DNA of 63,717 nt, counting the filler, from Phoronis australis (taxonomy: Eukaryota; Animalia; Phoronida), in assembly GCA_002633005.1 (NCBI GenBank). It is 8 parts of 8 records of this genome, joined end to end, with 100 filler letters (N's around TTAATTAATTAA, not from the genome) between each part and the next. Parts side by side here need not be neighbours in the genome. Positions count along the whole stretch, not along the records: positions 1 to 28,946 come from NMRA01001189.1; 7 more parts are not named here. One strand, 5' to 3'. A model generated the notes under the pieces. The model saw only the letters and a list, made by a program, of their open reading frames with translations, did no database searches and was not told the DNA's origin. Shown one piece after another: positions 10,289 to 23,129 of the stretch (within the stretch, counting starts at the first letter, position 1; every line of letters begins with the position of its first letter). Made by a program: the position numbers and the translations under genes.

Positions 10289-13200
10289 NCATCTGGACAA
10301 TGTGTTGAGGGAAGAATGACTGATGACCGGAAAGTCTGCCCACACTCTCCAGTCGTTGGCTGTGTGCAGGATACCTTTCTGCACAGGGGTCTTCCTTTTA
10401 CTCGCCTCATCACCACTTCTTACGAAATTGATGAATTTGACGCGTTTGCAACCACATAATATGGGCAAATAAAAATGCACGTGGGACACTTTTTCAACTT
10501 AACAAAATTTTTCATTTCTCACACTTGAAACATTTTAACCTTAAAAAAACATAAAGATTCATATTCAATCTCAAAACGCCCCTGACGCATATGAAAGCGC
10601 TCGAGGTGTTTCGTTATTTTGTACGCAGAGGTCTTTCGTTTTTCTGCATTGCACTCTAAGCAAATGCAAAATGTTTCCGGATATGACAGAAATATATGTT
10701 TCAAAATAGTTCTCCAAGAAAGCTGAGATATGTCTTTTTCAGCAAATCTACCTTCTTTCGTCCTCTTTTGAGGATCTGTAGTTCCCTTTTGAAGTTGTGT
10801 AAAAAAACAGCGTACAGTGACTTCTTTTTAATTATCAACCTGCAAAAAAATCTCTATTAGTCCAAAGTTCTAGTATGCAAGTCCACATTTCAAACCAAAA
10901 ATGCAGTTGTACAGACATTGACGTCAAAATTTGTCAATTAAGGCAAAACCTCTAATTTGTCTGTCCAGACAAATTTTGGAGTGCATTTTTATACTACTGG
11001 GTATCTTTTATTGGTTAACAGTACAATGACGTACTGTATGCGCTCACGAATGCGGTATTGTCATTGTAAATAGTGTATACAAATTTCAGTAAGTGACCAA
11101 CTTTTTATAAAGAATCTTTCCTAAATACTAAAATATTCTCGTTAAATGACATGCTAGATATAGATGGAGATTTTCTTACACACAATTATATATATTTTTC
11201 AAAAAGAAATACATAAAATTATTGTTTTGCAATACCTTTATTTGGTCAATTCAGTAAAGTCTTAAAGCCATTCTGAAAAGTGTTATTCGACATGTCAATT
11301 AAAAAAAGTGAGCGCAACTGTTTTACAGTCTACTCCATAAAATTGAACATGAACATCTTTACAATGTATCAAAAGGAAATCAATTGAAGGATACTCCTCA
11401 GAGGAAGTTTAAAGATTTACGATTTAAATTGCCACTAGGCGGCACAGTGTTTCTCGGACTCATCTGAAAGTTGTCATTGTTGGTTCCCAACTTCATATAA
11501 ATACACTTGTTGAAATTAATAACAATCCTGCTGAGGGATTAGGAAATACAGGCATGGCCATAAAAAGGCATCTAGGAGGCACCACAGTAGTCGAGGTCGT
11601 GGGAAAATCATTATCAGAAGTGTTCTTCACATTAAAAACTTACCTTCTGTTCGCCAGCAGCAGCTTTTTCAACGGCTACTTCACCTATGAAACAAAGTAG
11701 AGGGCTCATGAATCAGCTTAGATATAATATTCGGTAAATAATGCAAAGAAAGGTAAAAATAGGTTTAACCAAACATGAGTTCCGTCTTGTTTTCTCTATT
11801 ACCAATTTGAGACTTGTCAGGGCGCTGGGTCGTCTGGACAATGTGTTGAGGGAAGAATGACTGATGACCGGAAAGTCTGCCCACACTCTCCAGTCGTTGG
11901 CTGTGTGCAGGATACCTTTCTGCACAGGGGTCTTCCTTTTACTCGCCTCATCACCACTTCTTACGAAATTGATGAATTCGACGCGGTTGCAACCACATAA
12001 TATGGGCAAATAAAAATGCACGTGGGACACTTTTTCAACTTAACAAAATTTTTCATTTCTCACACTTGAAACATTTTAACCTTAAAAAAAACATAAAGAT
12101 TCATATTCAATCTCAAAACGCCCCTGACGCATATGAAAGCGCTCGAGGTGTTTCGTTATTTTGTACGCAGAGGTCATTCGTTTTTCTGCATTGCACTCTA
12201 AGCAAATGCAAAATGTTTCCGGATATGACAGAAATATATTTTTCAAAATAGTTCTCCAAGAAAGCTGAGATATGTCTTTTTCAGCAAATCTACCTTCTTT
12301 CGTCCTCTTTTGAGGATCTGTAGTTCCCTTTTGAAGTTGTGTAAAAAAACAGCGTACAGTGACTTCTTTTTCATTATCAACCTGCAAAAAAAATCTCTAT
12401 TAGTCCAAAGTTCTAGTATGCAAGTCCACATTTCAAACCAAAAATGCAGTTGTACAGACATTGACGTCAAAATTTGTCAATTAAGGCAAAACCTCTAATT
12501 TGTCTGTCCAGACAAATTTTGGAGTGCATTTTTATACTACTGGGTATCTTTTATTGGTTAACAGTACAATGACGTACTGTATGCGCTCACGAATGCGGTA
12601 TTGTCATTGTAAATAGTGTATACAAATTTCAGTAAGTGACCAACTTTTTATAAAGAATCTTTCCTAAATACTAAAATATTCTCGTTAAATGACATGCTAG
12701 ATATAGATGGAGATTTTCTTACACACAATTATATATATTTTTCAAAAAGAAATACATAAAATTATTGTTTTGCAATACCTTTATTTGGTCAATTCAGTAA
12801 AGTCTTAAAGCCATTCTGAAAAGTGTTATTCGACATGTCAATTAAAAAAAGTGAGCGCAACTGTTTTACAGTCTACTCCATAAAATTGAACATGAACATC
12901 TTTACAATGTATCAAAAGGAAATCAATTGAAGGATACTCCTCAGAGGAAGTTTAAAGATTTACGATTTAAATTGCCACTAGGCGGCACAGTGTTTCTCGG
13001 ACTCATCTGAAAGTTGTCATTGTTGGTTCCCAACTTCATATGAATACACTTGTTGAAATTAATAACAATCCTGCTGAGGGATTAGGAAATACAGGCATGG
13101 CCATAAAAAGGCATCTAGGAGGCACCACAGTAGTCGAGGTCGTGGGAAAATCATTATCAGAAGTGTTCTTCACATTAAAAACTTACCTTCTGTTCGCCAG

Positions 13201-14956
13201 CAGCAGCTTTTTCAACGGCTACTTCACCTATGAAACAAAGTAGAGGGCTCATGAATCAGCTTAGATATAATATTCGGTAAATAATGCAAAGAAAGGTAAA
13301 AATAGGTTTAACCAAACATGAGTTCCGTCTTGTTTTCTCTATTACCAATTTGAGACTTGTCAGGGCGCTGGGTCGTCTGGACAATGTGTTGAGGGAAGAA
13401 TGACTGATGACCGGAAAGTCTGCCCACACTCTCCAGTCGTTGGCTGTGTGCAGGATACCTTTCTGCACAGGGGTCTTCCTTTTACTCGCCTCATCAACAC
13501 TTCTGACGAAATTGATGAATTCGACGCGGTTGCAACCACATAATATGGGCAAATAAAAATGCACGTGGGACACTTTTTCAACTTAACAAAATTTTTCATT
13601 TCTCACACTTGAAACATTTTAACCTTAAAAAAAACATAAAGATTCATATTCAATCTCAAAACGCCCCTGACGCATATGAAAGCGCTCGAGGTGTTTCGTT
13701 ATTTTGTACGCAGAGGTCATTCGTTTTTCTGCATTGAACTCTAAGCAAATGCAAAATGTTTCCGGATATGACAGAAATATATTTTTCAAAATAGTTCTCC
13801 AAGAAAGCTGAGATATGTCTTTTTCAGCAAATCTACCTTCTTTCGTCCTCTTTTGAGAATCTGTAGTTCCCTTTTGAAGTTGTGTAAAAAAACAGCGTAC
13901 AGTGACTTCTTTTTCATTATCAACCTGCAAAAAAAATCTCTATTAGTCCAAAGTTCTAGTATGCAAGTCCACATTTCAAACCAAAAATGCAGTTGTACAG
14001 ACATTGACGTCAAAATTTGTCAATTAAGGCAAAACCTCTAATTTGTCTGTCCAGACAAATTTTGGAGTGCATTTTTATACTACTGGGTATCTTTTATTGG
14101 TTAACAGTACAATGACGTACTGTATGCGCTCACGAATGCGGTATTGTCATTGTAAATAGTGTATACAAATTTCAGTAAGTGACCAACTTTTTATAAAGAA
14201 TCTTTCCTAAATACTAAAATATTCTCGTTAAATGACATGCTAGATATAGATGGAGATTTTCTTACACACAATTATATATATTTTTCAAAAAGAAATACAT
14301 AAAATTATTGTTTTGCAATACCTTTATTTGGTCAATTCAGTAAAGTCTTAAAGCCATTCTGAAAAGTGTTATTCGACATGTCAATTAAAAAAAGTGAGCG
14401 CAACTGTTTTACAGTCTACTCCATAAAATTGAACATGAACATCTTTACAATGTATCAAAAGGAAATCAATTGAAGGATACTCCTCAGAGGAAGTTTAAAG
14501 ATTTACGATTTAAATTGCCACTAGGCGGCACAGTGTTTCTCGGACTCATCTGAAAGTTGTCATTGTTGGTTCCCAACTTCATATGAATACACTTGTTGAA
14601 ATTAATAACAATCCTGCTGAGGGATTAGGAAATACAGGCATGGCCATAAAAAGGCATCTAGGAGGCACCACAGTAGTCGAGGTCGTGGGAAAATCATTAT
14701 CAGAAGTGTTCTTCACATTAAAAACTTACCTTCTGTTCGCCAGCAGCAGCTTTTTCAACGGCTCCTTCACCTATGAAACAAAGTAGAGGGCTCATGAATC
14801 AGCTTAGATATAATATTCGGTAAATAATGCAAAGAAAGGTAAAAATAGGTTTAACCAAACATGAGTTCCGTGTTGTTTTCTCTATTACCAATTTGAGACT
14901 TGTTGCAGTGATGAGTTTGCATTTTACCATGACAAGTATTACTCTCCTTCGTATAC

Positions 14957-15246
14957 TTTGGAAATTGTAAGCAGCGGCAGATCCATAATACTGAGTTACA
15001 TGTGGCTGGGCACAGTATTAGTCAGCAGTTTGGAAATTGTAAGCAGGGGCAGATCCATAATATTGAGTTACATGGGGCTGGGCACAGTATTAGTCAGGAG
15101 TTTGGAAATTGTAAGCAGGGGCAGATCCATAATATTGTGTTACATGTGGCCGGGCACAGTATTAGTCAGGAGTTTGGAAATTGTAAGCAGGGGCAGATCC
15201 ATAATATTGAGTTACATGTGGCCGGGCACAGTATTAGTCAGGAGTT
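14957..15246. repeat. 72-bp minisatellite, 4 copies
   Basis: tttggaaattgtaagcag begins at 14957, 15029, 15101 and 15173, explaining the 24-aa repeat ORFs. Confidence 0.95.
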
Positions 15247-16384
15247 CGGAATGCTTAAATATGCTCGACATGCTGTTCTAAGCATGCCTTTCCATGGGGG
15301 AAAGTCAGATTTCATGGCTTTCTCCACTGGCATTCGACATATTTTGCGCCATTTTCAATGCTAATAAACACCCCGCTGGGTGCATTTCAATGCTCTGTGT
15401 TGCTGTAGTTAGTTTAGTCAAGTAAATAATATCGTTGTTGCAATTATTATAGATTTTGTCATGCGTTAAGAATAAAACATCTCGGCATATTGTAATTAAA
15501 GCTTGGCATACATTCAAGTTGTTCTCTCAACACACAGTTTTGATTGTAATACAAGTATTATTACTAATTGCCACTGTAGACACTTTTATAGTTTCTGTTA
15601 TTCATTGTCATGTGATTTTGTTTTAATTTCTAGTCATTATACATCAGATTGAAAATTATCATGTTAAATCCAGTGTGCAGCTGATTGTGTATTTTCTTGC
15701 TTCAACAAGCGGGCATGCAATAAAATGATGTATTTGTCAGCTGGCATTTCTACATTAAATTATTCATGCCACAATTCAAGTATGTTGTAGTCTTGCATCC
15801 AGTATTTTTTCTGGTGGTTTGCAGAAACTTCTATATAACCCCATGAAGATGTTTGCGGCAAGCTTGTAGCAATGTGTGCGACTGGGTTGCAGCAACTGTT
15901 CCTTATAGGGACATAGAGATGTTTGCTGCAAGCTTGCGGGCAATAAAAGGTTTGACTGTTTTCACTGTCTCTTTGTTTATCTTTGCTTGGTGAATTACAC
16001 GTAGTAACTAATATAGTACCACTGGTACGATTCTGATGTCTGACAGGTACGAATTACAAACCGGTCATGTGAATCGTACTTTTATTGACTTTTCTACAAC
16101 CGTGTTTTGCAGCTAAAACATTCTTCTAAATCACATGTGCGGTTAGACATGTGAAGCCACTTAAGGCTATGACATAGCTCCCGATTCCGTGGCTAGTTCA
16201 GCGTGGCGTACAAAGGGGTGCACCCTTAAGTGGTATGAAACCAGTAACTTTCCTCTACTTAAATAAGTACCATAGAAACCTGAATCTCGTTTTTTTCGAG
16301 TATTTCTTCATGGCGTGGGAAAATGATGTGAGTACATAAAATATCCGAGTTCCCACTGTCTTATGAGACCAGGACTGAGTTGCA

Positions 16385-16650
16385 TGGTCGGGTGGGGGAA
16401 TTGGGTTGGCAACTGGGGGAAAGGGGTGGTGAATGGGGGGCANGCAACAGGGGGTGCGATGGGGTTGGGAACTTGAGGATTGTGTCCACACTGGGGAGGG
16501 AACCAGGGGGTGGGGGTGGTTGGTTTGCTACTGGAGGGGGTAGCCGGGGAGTGGGGGTGGTGGGTTTGCTACTGGAGGGGTGCAACTGGGGGGTGGGTGG
16601 TCACTGGAAAGGTGCAGCCGGGGATGGGGGTGGGAACTTGAAGGTGTCCA
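16385..16650 (+). repeat. G-rich low-complexity tract with G-quadruplex potential
   Basis: Many G3-G6 runs on the + strand, with recurrent caactggggg and gggaacttga motifs. Confidence 0.8.
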
Positions 16651-16872
16651 CCTTGCTGCAGTTAGTACCTTCATGGCAATTTTGAAAGAGTGGGCATCTT
16701 CTGTTAGTATTTCGCCGAAAGTGTTTAAAAAAACTTGGTTTACCGACCTCTGATTTTGTGGAATAAGCAAACATTAAAATTCGAATTTGCATCGTAGTTA
16801 TAGTACTTTACGTGTGCTATAATAATCGTACCGATTTTCAGCCCTGCACGTCGAAAAATGCGGCCTCTATGA

Positions 16873-18717
16873 GCATTTGAATCTGAAACCGAAAACAAAA
16901 TGGCCGCCATGTCCACCATTTAGAATCCGATCATGACCAAAAACAATAAGATTCCAGGACTTTCTGATCTACACGTCTTGTGTGAATTTCGTGCCAATCG
17001 GACGAAAATTGCGACCTGTAGCGAGCGAACAAAAAACAAAATTGACGGCAGACCAACATACTTGTCTTGAATTCAGCCAAGTAAAGAATGCACAAATGAC
17101 AACAAAAACACACTGTACTGGTTGGTTTAGACACATAAATTATATACATCAGCTAGGCGGAAGAGTCGAAGTACGCATTTGCACGACCCAACTTCCTGAA
17201 AGATGCTTAGAATTGTGTAGTCTTCAGATTATACCAAGGAATAACAATTATATCAATATGCAGAATGTTTTTTTTTTAAAAATAAAAGGCTTGTCAGGTG
17301 GGCTGAGTTGTCTCAAGGAAAATTGCTTCAGTCATACACACGTAACTTTTGCTTCTGTCTAGTAATACTTGTCCTCAACTACTTAATTTATCTTAGCTTG
17401 GTGAACTGATAATTTGTACAGTATGAAACAACATGGTCTCACAATTCAAACAGTTGTGTCATAGACTCTGTTGAAAAAACAACATGACGACTGCAATACA
17501 TGTATATAAACAGAATTAGAGATTTTAAATGGCGTTGGCATTATTAATTTTTACCAATATTATTTTTTACACCAATCAATGTTCTCTGTTACCCGTCCAT
17601 GATGTACAGAATCGCAGATATTTTTTTCTATCAGTAACAAGTACAGTGAGTCCACCTTATTGGCCATCCAGAATGCATTACAGCATTCTGTCGTTCAGTA
17701 AGTTTTCCAGACATGAGGGGTGCTGAGCATGTGATAATTTCTGGCTCTTTTGTTAACTGCCCAGCTCAGTCTTTTGTCTGATAACAAGCCAGCCNGCATT
17801 TGAATCTGAAACCGAAAACAAAATGGCCGCCATGTCCACCATTTAGAATCCGATCATGACCAAAAACAATAGGATTCCAGGACTTCCTGATCTACACGTC
17901 TTGTGTGAATTTCGTGCCAATCGGACGAAAATTGCGACCTGTAGCAAGCGAACAAAAAACAAACTTGACGGCAGACCAACATACTTGTCTTGAATTCCGC
18001 CAAGTAAAGAATGCACAAATGACAACAAAAACACACTGTCCTGGTTGGTTTAGACACATAAATTATATACATCAGCTAGGCGGAAGAGTCGAAGTACGCA
18101 TTTGCACGACCCAACTTCCTGAAAGATGCTTAGAATTGTGTAGTCTTCAGATTATACCAAGGAATAACAATTATATCAATATGCAGAATTTTTTTTTTCA
18201 AAAAATAAAAGGTTTGTCAGGTGTGCTGAGTTGTCTCAAGGAAAATTACTTCAGTCATACACACGTAACTTTTGCTTCTGTCTAGTAATACTTGTGCTCA
18301 ACTACTTAATTTATCTTAGCCTGGTGAACTGATAATTTGTACAGTATGAAACAACATGGTCTCACAATTCAAACAGTTGTGTCATAGACTCTGTTGGAAA
18401 AAACAACATGACGACTGCAATACATGTATATAAACAGAATTAGAGATTTTAAATGGCGTTGGCATTATTAATTTTTACCAATATTATTTTTTACACCAAT
18501 CAATGTCCTCTGTTACCCGACCATGATGTACAGAATCGCAGATTTTTTTCTGTCAATAACAAGTACAGTGAGTCCACCTTATTGGCCATCCAGAATGCAT
18601 TACAGCATTCTGTCGTTCAGTAAGTTTTCCAGACATGAGCGGTGCTGAGCATGTGATAATTTCTGGCTCTTTTGTTAACTGCCCAGCTCAGTCTTTTGTC
18701 TGATAACAAGCCAGCCA
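16873..18717 (+). repeat. ~923-bp tandem duplication (16873-17794 and 17796-18717), likely two haplotypes assembled in tandem
   Basis: Near-identical copies with scattered substitutions, bounded by single N at 17795 and 18718. Confidence 0.85.
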
Positions 18718-19819
18718 NGGTCTATAATAAGACTGGTAGATAATTAGCTTGCCTGTTTTCATACCAGACAAAAGACTGCGCTAGGCCGCTAACATAGAAG
18801 ATGGATGTTATCATCCGCTTATAATTTTCTATGACTGGCGTTCTAGCATTTATTGTGCTGCTAAGGTGCAGCATGATTTTATGAGTCAGCTTTCAGCACC
18901 ATGAAAGTACGTCACCCATTGGCCCGGCCAAATTCTTTTTTTTTGACGATTCGTCAATCAGCTGTAGTTCTTTCACAAGGTTGCGTACACGTCAAAACAA
19001 ATTATTGCAATTTGTTTTACTTCATTGCATTTTTTAGTATTTTAATGCCAGAAAACCGAATTTCAGAACAAATTTGGCATTTATTATATTTTTCTTCACT
19101 TAAACTGCTGTAACTGGCAACGTGAGTGTGGCTTGACTCCCAAATGTTGCATGAGCCTCGCTGGTATTTAAAGCTCTACATGTTGATACTAGTTTCATGG
19201 CGATGTGACCAGCAGAACTACCCGGGCTGCGTGCAATTTCGAGATCTGTCGGAGGTCAACACAGTGGTACGAAGCTGCATTTTCACACTTAATTATTTAT
19301 ACAGCTAGCTGACTAGGTGGCTAAACAAAGTGATACCTCAGCCAACTAAATAACTACATTTAGGTTAAACTTGCACACGGCGTTATCTTCTACGTCTTGA
19401 AGAAATGGCTGCCCTTTCTAAAAGGTTTAAAGTTGCATCTTCACTTATTTTCCCCATAATCTGTGTTTTATTTTTCCGGTGTAGTTAGCTTATAAGGAGG
19501 ACTGCCTCCCTCCAGAAACTTCACATTGTTCCGCTTGACAAATGAAAATGAGAACACCCAAAAAGATAGCACGGCACCAGTCATGAACAAGTCACCTCGC
19601 GTATCATGTTTCTGCCTCGCGGTGTATGGACTAGAACAGTTTTCAAGGGGTGGGAACTGTCGCGCCAGCGGCCACACGGAGAAACGTCGCGCTGTACTGC
19701 AAAATCATATGGCTGGACCAAAATACGGAAAACACCACATAGACTATACGGTCAACCTATCTGAATAATTGCAATATTTTTTATAGTGATAACAAAGGAC
19801 AATCACTGTAATTTATGTT

Positions 19820-20000
19820 TTACTTCATGGTGCTCAAATATGGAGAACAAGTTACAAAAAAGACACAGAAAATGTAGAAAACAAATTTTGTAAATGGTTG
19901 TTGATGACTCAAACAAAACAACGAATGTCATCGCCAGAGGTGAATGTGGACAATAGAGTTATCAGTATGCTGAAGCCTATTAAGTACTTTTTAAAACTCA
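19820..20000 (+). pseudogene. Decayed LINE fragment, RTE-X-like post-RT region
   Basis: LHGAQIW...ENVENKFCKWLL, then after a frameshift TTNVIARGECG...KYFLKL, matching the YG.E.W / FCK..LG / N..GE.G pattern. Confidence 0.6.
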
Positions 20001-20314
20001 CCACTGTAATCTAAAGCCTTCAGCCGACACAACTCGCTGTGCATGCTCTGCAGCTGATCACCCTTCACTTCCTCAACTTCGTTGAGAAGGGAGTTGAAGA
20101 TGGCGTTACATTCCTTCAAGGTCTGTGGCGACAGAGAGGCTAACTTCAAACGTTGACAGAGAGGTGAATTAATGCCACAATCTCAGCATGATCAACTTCA
20201 AATTTTGTCCCCTGGTTTAAAAAACCTAGTTTTTCCGACTTCATTCTAATTTATCATTTTCCAGTCTCTCGTCTTATTTTCAATGCAAATACATAAGGGA
20301 AGGGGCCCTATTTG

Positions 20315-22072
20315 ACATGTCGTGAACACATCCACTAGCACAAGAAAGTGTAGGAACACAGCATTTATCCACCTTCACTTTTATCAGGCTTCTAATGTGA
20401 GTCAACATTCGTGAATAATCGGCTGATAAGCCACCTCTGGAACTACTTTTGGCTGAATGGATGACCAGGCCATAAAATGATAATTAGCCACGACCAGTTA
20501 CTAATGCAACAAAGAATAATGTGGTAGCATCACCTAGCCTTGGTGGAAAGCTGTATACTGTATTGGCTCTACAGTCAAGTGACCTAATTATCGGACGTTT
20601 TGGCACATTTTGCATTATATTTAATTGAAAATATTACGGATTGTTGTAAATTCTTTGCTGAAATAAAGATTTACCTTCACGGAATTGTTCTGTTACTATA
20701 TCTTGTCACTGAAAGCCACATTTATGTTCCGACTGATCTTCAAAAAACACAACAACCAAACCTTCGGGGGACCTAAATATCGGACACCATGTTTCTCCAT
20801 ACGCCACACCGCGGAAAACTGACTAACCACGTAATGGCCGCGGGCACCTTGTCGCCAAATTTCAGCTCGAGTGTTTTGACATATATGCTGCTGAACCCAG
20901 GTCCATTCGCAACAAAATTATCCATGAAATGAAATCTGATGACGGCGCCAAGTCGTCTCGATGAATTAGTGCAGACGACTAAAGCACGTGCAAACTCACT
21001 GCAGTTTTTTAGTATCACGTAGGCTTCTTGATATGACACCCGCACGTGCGCGGCCGGGGTTTGACTTGAGTTTAAAAACAAACGAAAAATGGAACAGTGA
21101 CATATTGTCAGTTCAATGAGATGGTTTCATTGTGGAAAAAGATTTTATTTTCAACTTTTATAACCGATTTATGCGATCGTCCATTTTAGGCCGACTTGGG
21201 GGTCTAAATTGCATCCTCTCTCTGTGAAATCAAAACGAGGCAACGCTGTAAAAAACGAGACGGTGCCGGACATTGAATGCATTACAACGGAACAAAAATT
21301 GGTGTCATTTAATTCTCAGATTATGCTTCAAGTAAGATTCTATGAAATGTCCGATATTTAGGTTCCGTCCGATAATTAGGTACACTATGTGTAATAAACA
21401 CTTAGAAAAATTCATTTCACGGGGTAGGGACGCTCATTGTAGCCTACTGCAGTTGAAACCCGGTTTCCCAAACGGGTAAAATCGGAAGCTAGGATTCATC
21501 AAATTTACGCTCTGTGACGTATTTGTAGCCTATGACAGTCTTTCTACAAAATTGTGGTGCATTGCTATCAACTTCCGTTGTTAAATTATGATAATTTTTC
21601 AAAAAAAATGTGCTCATCCCAGGACCAAAACTTGCCGACTGATGCGTCGCTGAATCGCGATTGTCAATAGGAAAACTTGAACTCTTGAATAAAAATATAG
21701 TTTCGGCTCAACAAATTACCTGAAATCTTCCTTATGTTTTACAATTTTTAAAGTTCATGTGGAGTCCAGATTAATTGCGACAAAGTCCAAATCTGCGCCA
21801 CAACACGAGAAAAATCTCTGGATGAACACCCATTTTGTTGTCACGTGACGTTGGTTTTGAAGTTTGTCTGCATGCGTATGAGAGTGGGTAAGCGTGCGTG
21901 TGCGGGTCATCGACGACAGACTTTTTTTGTTATAAAAGGCAGAGGATTATGCAAGAAAATGGCGTTTACTAGATTGTTTTTCACTAAAACGGCTGCAACG
22001 TGCAAGGTGAGTGCTGGTTACTCACAGATTTTGTGTGCACAGGCTGACGGTCGTTAGCTCTACCGTGGAGTA
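20315..22072. repeat. Dispersed repeat element hosting a nested MITE
   Basis: Homologous to 1-713 (inverted) and 1710-1899 (direct). Confidence 0.85.
20572..21391. mobile_element. Tc1/mariner (pogo-like) MITE, ~820 bp, TA-flanked
   Basis: Imperfect TIRs ta|cagtcaagtgacctaattatcggacg and cgtccgataattaggtacactatgtg|ta. Absent from the homologous site near 465. Confidence 0.8.
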
Positions 22073-22344
22073 TTAATAGTCCAAGGCTCGATCTACATGT
22101 TGGGGACGAGGTGAACTACCCGGGCTGTGTCAAATTTCTGGGTCTCACCGAGACACTGACGCAGTGTCAGCCAGCTCGCTGTAACAAGACTTTAGTCAAA
22201 ATCCAAATTCGTTTTATCGTGTCCCTGTCAATAATAACGGCATGCTAAAGTTTCTTAATTTTCGTACGTCAGGAACATAACAATAATCACGTGTTTTGTA
22301 CATACGCGCACGCCACAGATCACATCTCGGAAATTGCCGATTTG

Positions 22345-22875
22345 ACGGATGCCTGAATGAGCACAATGAAATGAAACAACGTCGTTTTACAGCTTGTAAG
22401 ATTCATAATAAACGTATTTTGAATATTGCAATTTAATGCATGTGTTCCAAAATCTAAATAACTTGGGTCCTATATTTTTGTATTCGTGCGCGCCGAATGA
22501 AAGTAATCGTGAGTGTTGCTGTGTTGCAAAATGTCTTATTTTGGGCCGATTTGAAAAATTCAAAGTTGTACTCATATTTTTTTTCGCTCATCTTTTCAAA
22601 TATTACAGTAAAAGCTACGTAAAACTCTCTGCATAAAAAGTACACTCTGCTAACTAGATTGTAATCAGCTGATCATATCCACGTGAGCGAAGCCAATTGT
22701 CCTCGCTCGTGACTCGATGAATAGAGCAGCTTGTCGGCATCCCTTTGATCGTGAGCCGAGCGCGACTCGGCCAAGGTGGATAAATACGGTCTAGTTCAAT
22801 TTTCCAAACCCCACCGTTTACCTTGACCATTGGGGTTAGGACCAATCGTATTTAGTGTGAATGTTTATAGCATGT
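22345..22875. repeat. Left arm of a ~530-bp inverted repeat pair
   Basis: Reverse complement of 28420-28946 with modest divergence. Confidence 0.9.
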
Positions 22876-23129
22876 TACCCAGAAAGCATATCATTAATGA
22901 ACAGTAGATACGGCTGGGGTTGGGTAGCTCCAACTACATATCTTTACAACTTACTAGTAAGAGTATAATATATCATATTAATTGAACAAATAAGTATTTG
23001 GAAAATACTCCTAATGATTGGGTGAATAATTAGCCGCTAATAATATAAAAAGGGGGGACGGCGGGGAAGGGGAAGGACTTTCATACACTCATTCACACTC
23101 ACATTCACACAGTTTAATTATCTTAAGAA

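Larger units (their letters stand above)
6483..14902 (+). repeat. ~1543-bp tandem macrosatellite, about 4.5 units, interrupted by HERO copy 2
   Basis: The anchor cctcagaggaagtttaaag occurs at ~7345, 9661, 11396, 12939 and 14482, with a 1543-bp period for the last three. Units are near-identical. Confidence 0.93.

Noticed and set aside
12066-14041. Repeated 60-105 aa ORFs in the macrosatellite
   Set aside because: They recur only because the DNA unit repeats; the one protein-like part is the frameshifted HERO fragment.
14957-15246. Regular repeats (also 60811-60976 and 36750-37020) as CRISPR arrays
   Set aside because: There are no unique spacers or cas genes, and the context is eukaryotic; these are minisatellites.
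16982-18285. Duplicated 126-aa ORFs as a gene pair
   Set aside because: They have no domain or splice support and arise from a probable haplotype duplication of non-coding DNA.
22654-22845. 63-aa ORF conserved with 28450-28641
   Set aside because: The similarity is explained by the DNA-level inverted repeat; the starts are non-ATG and no domain is recognisable.
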